64,000 nucleotides of DNA from Cycas panzhihuaensis (Eukaryota; Plantae; Cycadophyta). The notes under the pieces are model-generated. The model ran no database searches. It was not told the origin of the DNA and saw only the letters and a list, made by a program, of their open reading frames with translations. Every line of letters starts with the position of its first letter. The stretch's first letter is position 1. Below are positions 53,701 to 64,000 of this stretch, one piece after another. Made by a program: the position numbers and the translations under genes. Location: contig CM041465.1 in assembly GCA_023213395.1 (NCBI GenBank), positions 216,759,741-216,823,740 on the forward strand. Direction: 5' to 3'.

Positions 53701-54654
53701 TGGGCCACGCATTAAGGCACAACTTTAGGGAGTAATCCCCCTAAGTCTCACCTTTAAAGGGAACCCATTAGTGAGGTAAAATTATGATGGAAACCTCAGG
53801 CTTGCACAACCCCTTTTGGAAGTTAAGTCGTGTTGTTAAGGCTTCCTATGTACTCTGGTGAGAGCCTAAACTACTACTATACTCTAAAATAATAGTAAAC
53901 TACCATATATAGTTGTATATACTTGACTTAAATATGGCTTTCATAGGTTGCATTACTTCTTTATACTCCATATCCTTATTCTTCTTGTTTTATTGCATAT
54001 TTCTTTTCATGTAACTCTTATTTATAAAAAAATTAAAAAATATATAAATCCCTTTCAAAAAACCCAACAAAATTATAAAACCAACAAAACAACAAAAAAT
54101 CATAAAATAATAAAAAATATAAAAATATGTAAAATGATAAAAAAATACCTAAAAAAAAATTAAAAATAAAATTTTTACCTCTAAAAGATGGTCACTGATG
54201 AGGTAAAACTATGGTGACCTAACCTTAGCTCATTGGGCCTTTCCCCCCTTGGATATTTGAGGCACTACTTCAGATGTTCAGGGAGCCTTGGGCTTATAAG
54301 CCCCATCTTTAAGCCATGTTGCCCAACTCGTCTTACCATGGGGCAACACCTCCATTATTTTCACACCCTCACTGATACATATTAGGATTCATAAGCATTA
54401 GCCTTGTGATCAATGTAGTGACTGGCCCATCATTCCTTCCAGCTTTTACACCTTTGTACTAAGTTCCCTAGAAGGCTATACCATGGGCAACCCTTTTTTA
54501 TTTATTGCTGATGAGGTTCCACTATGGCAGCCACTACCCCATGTGATTTCCACATATTTGATTTTTATTATTATTATTTCTCATATTATTCATGTTGGTA
54601 GCATTAACTATCTTCCAAGTTTAGATTGAAAAGGTTCTGTTGCCAAGGGGACAG

Positions 54655-56199
54655 TGTTCCCTGACTTATGGGAATGGGATTTAGATGATCGATTAAGTAA
54701 GATAAGTGTAGGTATATTCCTATCACTTTTACTCTTTATTTGACTTATACTTGAGATTATAAAATGGATATATGCTTTCTTATATGCTCGTTAATTAATT
54801 CATATCCTACTTTACATGTTGATGATGATCAAGATGTAAGTCTATGGCTTTGGCATCTCCCTGTTGATCTTCTTAGGATTGGAAAAGATGCCTCCTTGAT
54901 TTTCCTATAGCTTATTTCTTCTTGATTGTCATCTTATCTTCTAGATTTTTGGCCTTAATTCCACCTTTCTACCACCTATTTTGACTGATAGAGGCTTTAG
55001 GATCTATTTCTTATTAGGTTATCTAATTGCATAAAGATTTTATTAGCCAAAATTAACTTTATTTCCATATCACGTATTATTTTAATTATATTTGTGGTGC
55101 TGTGAATATATTTGTAGTACTACAAATATATTCACGTTACCATAAATATATTTGTAATATGACTTTTTCCAACCCACATTTGAGTTTAGTGGTGACAATC
55201 AACTCTTAATTACAAATTCGTCAGACCTACATGCTACAATAGCCCTAGATCAGGTCGTATCTACCTTGAGAAGCTAAACATGCCTCAATCTATTTAATTT
55301 TTTGCTCATCTCTATGTTTGTTTTATTAAACCATGAGCATGACTCATAGTTTTTATGAGGTTATTTTTTCCACATTATGGGCAGAAAACCACCATCCCTC
55401 TACCTCATTTTTACTTATAAATCCCCCCTAATTTTTCAAAAGGAGGGGGAGATCAATTAAGACTTAAATTACTATGTTATTATACTACTAAAATTTTGCT
55501 AGACACTAATAATTTGGGAGTAAATACTTAATTGCACTTTGAGAGAGCACAAGCAAGACTTCATAAATCATTAAGGAGCCTTTAAGGGAGTAAGTTGTAG
55601 TAGCCATTAGCCTAATCACTTTCCAAGGTATAAGTATACCCTTCCTCCTTTGTTTAGGTAAGCCTTCCCTCTTAGCTTTATCTAATTCATTCCAAGATGT
55701 GTGGTTTGGAAATGATTACATGCTAAGTAGTTCCTTTAAAGTCTATTTCCTTTTATTAAATGAGTTTTATTTCATTTTTACCCCTTTTTCCTTATTCTTG
55801 ATTGGTGTATTTCAATAAGTTATAGGATTTATAGAGGTTTCCTAACTACATCTTAGGAAACCACTCACATTTGTGAGATAGTTTCCCTCTTGAAGTGCCC
55901 TCCTATCCATTTCATTATATTTTATTTCACTTATAGATTTGAGGTCTCTTGTGTGAAACTTTGAATCATATTTTATGAGTTAAATACAAGGTTGAAATAT
56001 CATTGATTGTTCCATAACTTTCTTTCTTCTATAAATCACTAACTTGCATATAGAAGAAAGAAACATAACTTTTAAAATCACTAATCTGGTACATCCACTC
56101 AAGAGAAGTTGCAACCATCATATATATTAACTACATCTTAAGGAGGTAAGCTGTAAGTTCATTTGGTTGCACTTTCTTTTGAACTTGGTGATTTGTTAC
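54655..56199 (+). repeat. Tat-C 3' LTR, first ~1.5 kb (remainder outside the window)
   Basis: Collinear with 45064-46563; similarity stops abruptly at the Copia-3 LTR. Confidence 0.9.
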
Positions 56200-59100
56200 T
56201 AATGGATTTAGAGGAGTAGAGTGGGACGTTAAACTAAGAACATTTTGAGTAAAACAAGTAATTTCTAAAGTTAGCAGTGTTGAAAAACACCAGGGAGGTA
56301 TTCCCACCCTTTAAATAGAGTTTTGGGGAGGCAGCAAGTGCCATCACCTGACCTGCATGTTAGCCGATAAACAATTTAAACAATATTAAAAAATAATAAT
56401 AATAAATAATGCACGTACCTTAATAAAGTTGTGTTGGCTCTAGGTGGCTATTGAGAGGCTCTAGGTGTCCTAAGGGGCCTTAAAGGTGGCTTTGAAGGGC
56501 CCTAAGCACATGGTTCTTTAGTGACATTGGGGTTAGTCCCAACATTCTCCCCCATAGGCCCAATGTGGATGACTCCCAACTTTTCTCTGAACTTCTAAAG
56601 TTTGATCATCCCAAAGCCTTTGTAAAAATATATGCTATCTGATCTTTGGTGTTGTAATAAGCTAACTCGACCTCATCTGCTTGTATAAGTTCCTAAATGA
56701 AGTGGTGTTGAGTCTTAATATGTTTTGTTCTACCATGGAATACCAGATTTTTAGCCATTTGGATAGTGCTTTGATTGTCACACCAAATTCGAGTGGGACC
56801 TTATTATTTATTTTGAAAATCCTGTAGAAGCCTTCTTAGCCATATTGATTCACAAGCTCCTGAAACTGTTGCTTTATATTCTACTTTGGTTATGGACAAG
56901 GAGATGGTATTTTACTTCTTTTTACTCCAGGCTACTATTTCTGATCCCATACCGAATCCATAACCCATTATAGACTTTCTATCATCAACATCACCTGCCC
57001 AATCTGCATCTGTGTAGTTAATCAACTAAAATTTAGACGTGGCTTTATAATATAACCTAAAGTCTGGAGTCTCTTTAAGGTATCTAAGGATTCTCTTAGT
57101 AGCTTACTAATGGGAGGTCTTTGGATCTTGCATAAACTTGGACATAACATTGATTGAGTATGTTATATTTGGTTAGGTAGATACCAAATATATTAGGCTT
57201 CTAATGAGCTGTCTATAGAGAGTTGGATCAATCGAAGTCGAATCATCTGTATTAAATAGTTTGATTCCAATTTCTGTTGGGATTGCCAATGGTTTGTAAT
57301 CTTTTATTCTGAATCTTTATAGTAGATCCAATATATATTTACATTAAGAGATGAAGATTTCTTGTTTGTCCTGCTAGACTTCCAATCCTAATAAGTAATA
57401 CATGAGGCCTAAGTTTGTCATCTCGAATTCCTTACACATAGCATCTTTAAATTGATATAAAATATGGGAGTCATTTTCGGTATAAACTAGGTCATCCATA
57501 TAAAGTCCTACAATCAATATTAACCTTCCCTTGATTTGAGTGTACAAGTTTGGATCTACTTGAGATCTCTCAAACCCTTGATCTCTAAAATACTTGTTTA
57601 TGTAGGAATACCAAGTCCTAGGTGCTTGTTTTAAACCATATAGTGCCTTCTTTAATTTGTACACTTTGTTATCTTCCCCCCTGACTTCAAAATCAAGGGG
57701 TTGAGTGACATAGATGTCTTCTTTGATATATCCATTTAGGAAAGCACTTTTCACATTCATTTGGTAAACTTTTCAACCTATTTGGGTGACCAAACTCATC
57801 ATCATTCAAATAGATTCCATCTTAGCAATAAGGATAAATGTTTCTATATAGTCTATATCTTCTCTTTAAGCATATCCTTTTGTAACCAATCTAACTTTAT
57901 ATTTGTCAATGGAGCCATCTGAGTTGAACTTGGTCTTATAGACCCATTTTGTGCCAATAGCTTTCTTTTTTGGTGGTAAGTCAATGAGTTCCCATGTATC
58001 ATTCTTAATAATGGACTTATATTCTTCTTCCATGGCTTTCTATAGCATTCATGTTGATTAGCCTTATCAAAAATTTGAGGCTCATGAGTTTCAAGTACCT
58101 TGCTCATTAAGGCAAAGTTAACCCTATGTGAGCGTGTGGATCTTCTATTGTTATCTAAGATATTTCCCAAGTTATGGTTGCGATGAACCTATTTGGGTAG
58201 CTATTGTGGTGGAGGTTGAGATGAAGTTCCCTCCCTAGTTGGTTCCTGGATACTTCTCCACATAGGAGGCATATATTTGGACTTACATGATGTGTCAAAT
58301 TTAATGTCAATCTCCTTATTCTTTTCCTAATTATATTGGTAGTAGGTGTCTTCCTGAAATTTAATGTCTTTACTTACCATAACTTTTCTTGATTTCAGAT
58401 CATAGACCTTGTAGGATTTATAAGATTCACTATAGCCAATGAAGATACATTTCACACTATGGTCATCTAACTTAGTTCTTCTTTGATCAGGAATATAGAC
58501 ATATACTAGATATCCAAATACCCTAAGATGATGTATACTTGGTTTATAACCAGTCCATGCTTCTTCTGGAATTTTCTACCTAAGTGCTTTGATGGAACAT
58601 ATATTGAGTAAGTAGATAGTTGTATGAACTGCTTCAACCCAAAATTTGTGGCCCAAGTTCTTATCGTTAAGTATACATCTTGCCATTTTAACGATAGTTT
58701 GATTATTTCTTTTTACTACACCATTTTGTTATGGGGTGTAGGGGGTGGTGAATTATCTCCTGATCCCATGGTGGATATAATAGTCATTGAAAGTATTAGA
58801 TGTAAACTCCCCCCCATTATCTGACCTTAGAGATAGGATATGATATCCACTTTGTCGCTCTACAAAGGTTTTGAAGTCAACAAAGTGATCGAAAGCATCT
58901 AATTTATATCTTAGAAAGAAAACCCATATCTTCCTTGTGAAGTCATCGATAAATATGAGAAAATATTTTGCACTTGCTAAGGAGGGAGTAGTCATAGGTC
59001 CATAGATATCTATGTATACCAGTTGAAGAGGGACAGATGCTTGATGGCTAAAATCTAGAAAGCTTTCTCTGTAGTGTTTACCAAGAAGGCATCTCTCACA

Positions 59101-60776
59101 CAACTTTTTATTGACATCAATGTATGGTAAACCATTAACCATATCCAACCTTTTCATAAGAGCTAAGCTGTTGTAATTAAGATGTCCAAACTGTCTATGC
59201 CACAAATCACTATTTACCGTAATTAAAGTTCTGAGGGTATAAGTATCTAAAGAAGTGAGGATGAGCTTAAATAAATGATCCTTAGTCATTTTACCTTCGA
59301 CAATAATAGCATTATTTTTCTTCTCATCTTTGATAACACATTCACCATTGTCAAAAATCACCTTGTAATCTTATCCCATCATCTATCCTACTGATAGCAA
59401 GTTCTTCCTTAGGGCAGGGATATATAGGATATCATCTAAGTGTCTATATTCGCCAATGTCAATCATCAAAGCTATGTTACCTTTCCCAAATGATTCATGG
59501 TAGGTATTGTCTCCAAACATGATTGACCCTTTTCTATTTTTATCCAAGGTCTAAAATAAATGTTCTTTGTAGGTCATGTGGGTTGAGCAACCTAAATCAA
59601 TTCCTGGCTATTATCATCTTCTTCCTTAGCAGAAAAATTTGATAGAAATAACATGTTATTAACCTTTGATTCAGATGAATGTTGAGCATGTCCTCTAGAT
59701 GGTGGTCCATGTTTTGAGAAGCATTTATCTTCAGTGTGATAACTTCTATGGTAATAAGTACAATACAATGAATCTCTTCTTCTATAACTTAGGCTTTGAC
59801 TTCTTGGATGAGAACGATCAATATTGAAAGATATCTCTCTTTCCTCATAAGATTAAAGAGGGTTGTCTCTTGGTCTGTTGTCACGATATGCCTGACTTAA
59901 CTTTGAAGATTGAGAATTCCCTTAGCAATTTAGACAACAAGGAGGATTCTTAATTTGTCTCCTTTGATTAGTATTTCTTGGAGGATCTTCATGCTGTTAG
60001 GGTCCTCCTTACCTCCTTTGGTAAGGGGCTTGGTATCATGGAGGATCTTGTTTAGTATCCCTTCGAGGATTTCCACCTTTTCTCCTTGGAGGAGATTCCT
60101 TTCACCTTGAGATCTCTGCTTGGGAGTTGGATTGAATGCAGGCCTTTGTAATAAAGGCATGTTCTAGAGATTCATTTACACTTTGTTGCTCTTCTATAGA
60201 TATAAGCATGGCACTAAGTTGTTCTACTTTGAGAGTACTTAGATCCTTTAATACACTAATACTAGTATCCACCATTTCCAAGCATCTTACAACTCCTACA
60301 CATCTAAGGATCCTTTCAACTATCCTTTATTTAGTTAGGGTATCTCTAAGTAACCTCATTTGGTTTACAATATCTTAGACTTTAGTCATAAATTCTGTTA
60401 CTGATTCATTGGGCATCATACGTAAATTTTCAAACTTGCTTCTTAAGTTATATAATTTAGAGGAGGTTTCTCCTTCATATATCAGTTGTAAGGTGTCCCA
60501 CGCTTCTTTAGACTTAATTGATTCACTAACTCTTGGGAACACATGATCTTTTAGTGCACAGAAGATTAAGACTAAGGCTTCGTTATCCTTTTTTACATTC
60601 TCCTTGTAAGTAACATTTTCTGCATTGGATGGATTTGGTCCCAGTTTATTGTATCATGTCTTCACAATATCCCACATGTCGTTATCTATGATGATGGGTC
60701 TCATCCTCCTACTCCAATTTAGGAAATTATTTCCATTAAATTTGGGGATAAACATGTTCCCAAAGCTAGACGTCAT
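56200..60776 (-). mobile_element. Copia-3: Ty1/copia on the minus strand (3' LTR 56200-56544, PPT 56545-56555, decayed gag-pol ~56575-60776); 5' LTR/PBS not in the window
   Basis: gag start MTSSFGNMFIPKFNGNNF (ATG 60776), zinc-knuckle relic CTYYHRSYHTEDKC (~59720-59765), protease DLGCSTHM (~59590), LWHRQFGH and RSDNGGEF integrase, RT KSAFLNG, LKKALYGLKQAPR, LYMDD, RNase H DWAGD; PPT ATGGGGGAGAA then TGTTGGG. Confidence 0.92.
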
Positions 60777-62978
60777 CTTAAACTAAGGTTTTGTTGATCA
60801 AAGATGATAAATAAGTTTTCAAAAATTGAATTTGAATATCGAAAAGGTATTTGAATTTGAGTTTTGAAAAAAGGTTTTAAGTGTGAAATTTATTTCCAAG
60901 TATAACCTAAGGTTTTTTCCCAAAATTTTGAATAAGTGAACTAGTACCTATTAAGCCTACTAAGTTCTAAGTTTAAGTTTCTCCTGGGGTAACCTTCAAT
61001 TATTATCCTATCTAGTGGTACCTGCCCACAAATGGTAAAATAGGGACCCAATATACCAGTACGTGAGCACTAGCCTCTAACCTCTAAGCAAGATGAAATA
61101 AATAATAAACTCTTTGAAAGAAATATACAAGTAATCACAATGCCCTTGAAAGTGAAAAATGTCTTTAGAAAGTAAAACGTATTACAAACTAGATGTAACT
61201 TTTATAAGTGCAATAAGTAAATGAACTTATCAACAATGATGAATGAAAAAAATGCCTTTAATAAGTGTATGCCTTTAGAGTAAATTGATGAACTTATAAG
61301 GTATAATTTCAGATATACTTTGAAATATAATGATTATATGAGCAAATTTAGAAAGTAACTAAGATCTTTTTAACTATGCAGATCTGAAATAAGACTTTTG
61401 ATGAAAAATAATAGAAAAAAAACTCTAGACTTTTGATTTTTTAAATGAATGAACACAAACTTGAGCAAGAAAATGAGTTTCTTTTTTAATGTAAGAAATA
61501 TTTTTGTCTTGATGAAGATATATAATGCTAAAAATTTGAAATATATATGTATATTTTCACTTTAGAAAGATAAAAAATATTAAGAAGAAACTTTTAAAAA
61601 AATGAATTGTACATGTTTTATATTGCAAGACCACTTGGCTTATCACTTGTTTTAGATGTATATGATCAATTTCTACTACAAATTAGCTTTAAAGAAGTTA
61701 TATGAAAGTCAAATGAAAGCCTCAAACATGTATTATAAGTGATCAATAAGAAATAAAATAAAGAACTCCTTAAAAAAGGTTAAGAGGACAAGCTTATTGG
61801 GATATCTCAAATGCTCAAGTTGATCAGCTTCAGACCTATACTAAATAATGTCAAAATAAGGTGAAATTATACTAATTTGAAGATCAATAAAATATCTGTT
61901 TAACAAAAGTGATCGTTTTGAGAACGGGTTCCTACAAGTCAAGATTTTAATGTACAAAGGATAGAGTCTTCTTTTTTAGGCTTAACGGAACTCTGGGCTT
62001 AAAAGATTATGAAAAACTAGTAAAAACTTTATAGAACAATGTAAAATGGTCAAATATAGTTTGAAGAGCTACTTAATATACTTTTTAGTTAATGACTTTG
62101 AGAAATAGTGTATAAAAATATGTAATAATGATAAATTAGAAGCGGTTATGTACATCAACTTTGATGGCTTTAAAAGTCTATAAGAACACTTTAAAATTTA
62201 TAAATAACTATGTCAGTTCAAAGAGGAATGAACCAGCTTCCCAACAAAACTAACAGATTTGAATTCTGATTTGAAACAAAAAAGTTATAATGAAAATAGT
62301 GGAAAGTATTTTTTTAAGTTAATAGTTAAAAGGGCTTTTAAAAAGAAGAATTGACTTAAACTGATTAGAAACAAGTCAAATCGACTCCAAATATGGAAAA
62401 TAGCCAGTCTAAACTGTAGCCTAGAAAATCTAGACTCAATGGGATAGGTTTCATTAGAAACTAATATCCTAGTAAAGAGATATTAAAGAAATTATCAAGG
62501 TACCTTATGTTTTAAGGAAAATTTTAAAAAAATAAATAAATAAAAAGTAAAGTTTTATGAGGTTGAATTAGCCCCTTTAATAAAATAGCTAAAGGTCACA
62601 TGAACTAGAGTGACTAAGGGCTAGCACCTCGAGGGAGCTTAAGAATTTTACAAGCAGATTTCACAAGTTGTAAAGTAATGTTTAATTAAAAACAAACTTT
62701 GTAATATTAATATCAATGCTTATAATATTGAAAATAGGAAATCAAAAAATGCGACTTGTATGCCAAGCCAGAGACGAGATAGCAAACTAGAAATTGATCA
62801 GATCTAATTAAAACTTCAACCACTGAGGTGCCAAGATAATCAATCATAAAAGTATTAAAGAAATATTTATATTTTTTTTTAAATAATAAAAAGGGAAAAA
62901 ATAATTTAAAAAAACAGAAGTCAACGCACTGGTATATAGACTTGCGTTGGCTGGCAGTCTTCTAATTAGTATTTCCAA

Positions 62979-63960
62979 GATGATGAAAATAACGATAATA
63001 ATAATAATAATGGCAATAGAGTTTCTAGGAATAATGGTAATGACCCAATTCCTGTAAACCAGGAAAACCTACCAGAAGCAGGAGGACCTCAACCTCTAGA
63101 GTCTGGTGAAATGACAATAGGGGCAAGTGATTAACTGAAGAAGAAAATGACAGTTATATATGAGCATTTACAGAAAGTAACTCACATGCTTGTGATGTGG
63201 CTCAGGCAACATGAAGAATTAATGAAAGATGAGGGTGGTTTGGTTGGTTTTAAACACGGAGATCTAATCCAGTGGTATGTTCTAGAGCATAACAAGATTG
63301 TATGTATCAATCCTCCTAATAGTTGCGTAAAGAAGAGCAATGGCTACAGCTGCAGCCAGTGCTGCTCATGGAAATGGTTGTTAGCACATTGCTAGAGATA
63401 AAATCAATAGTGTTTTGGCATTTTATGGGCATGAAATACGTAAAGCTTATAATACGTTTGAATGAATAAGTATAAAACACACTTAATTGTTATGCCCTTT
63501 GTCCAACCGTATCCATTGTTTGATAGCTAGTTATCGGCAAAGAGAAGAAAGTACGTTAGCACGTTCCAAAACTTTTTCCTTCATCTAAAGAACTTTCCCT
63601 TGAGTGGCCATTAGAGTGGGGTTATCTTTATGCTATGTATAATAGTAGAACAAACTATAGAGGTAGTCATGAGAGATTCTTTATGGAGATGTTGCGAGCT
63701 CGAAATGCATAGGTGGCTAAAGGGGAGCAGGCGTCATCACATGCACAGGGACTTGATTGCTCCAAGGCTTACAAGTTCATCTTCTTTGTAAGAGCGTTGT
63801 ATCTTTATTAGGATAAGGTTTTTATATTTAGTCTAATTTTGGTTCTTAGAGCCAACAATAGGGATCCAAGTTATTACCAAAGATGGCTAACAAAATCTCA
63901 GACTTATGCCAAGGTATTGTGGATAGAGATCTAACCCTAAAAGCATGCAAGGATGTCAGA
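62979..63960 (+). pseudogene. Degenerate coding-like segment of unknown identity, probably transposon-derived
   Basis: After ~2 kb of AT-rich DNA, composition shifts to coding-like: DDENNDNNNNNGNR...GEMTIGASD*LKKKMTVIYEHLQ... in frame with ORF 63147-63395, and later EWPLEWGYLYAMY...; sparse stops. No recognised domain. Confidence 0.35.
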
Positions 63961-64000
63961 GTAAGATCCTGGGGGGGAAGAGAATTGAATGGCACTCAGC

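Larger units (their letters stand above)
45064..56199 (+). mobile_element. Tat-C: non-autonomous Tat-clade element (LTR-gag-protease-aRH-LTR; no RT/RH/INT); 3' LTR interrupted by Copia-3
   Basis: 5' LTR 45064-47543 and 3' LTR 54655-56199 align until ...GATTTGTTAC; PBS 47545; PPT AAGGGGACAG 54645-54654; gag/PR homologous to Tat-A; no RT or integrase motifs between 51000 and 53270. Confidence 0.88.

Noticed and set aside
54190-54219. Hammerhead ribozyme (CTGATGAG...AAAC inside a stem)
   Set aside because: No copy of the motif has the required GAAA (G12 missing, usually TAAAC), stem II would be at most 1 bp, and no NUH cleavage site fits with stem I. Kept only as an unexplained motif.

Overview
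Plant nuclear DNA, probably from a large-genome non-flowering vascular plant such as a gymnosperm (inferred only from the retrotransposon architecture and heavy C>T/G>A decay). One host gene is present: the last five exons (6496-10453, +) of an apparently intact full-size ABCB/P-glycoprotein transporter. Its upstream intron (>6.4 kb, running off the left edge) holds a decayed Ty1/copia. From about 15.7 kb to the end the window is a nest of LTR retrotransposons. An old Tat-type Ty3/gypsy (Tat-B) has its 5' LTR split by a complete 19-kb Tat element (Tat-A, 17124-36105, TSD CTTTC), whose 3' LTR is split by a 1.3-kb deleted copia. A third Tat (Tat-C, from 45064) sits in the 3' region of Tat-B, and its 3' LTR is split by another copia. 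Three observations stand out. (i) Tat-A carries, after integrase, a three-exon antisense plant-mobile-domain (PMD)/coiled-coil gene arranged head-to-head with a stand-alone archaeal-type RNase H ORF. (ii) Tat-C has gag-protease plus the same stand-alone RNase H but no RT/RH/INT. (iii) A short stem-flanked motif (ATGAG-NNN-AAACT) recurs just after the ends of the sense ORFs in all three Tat elements. All retroelement ORFs are pseudogenised. Everything was read by eye; no alignments or searches were run.
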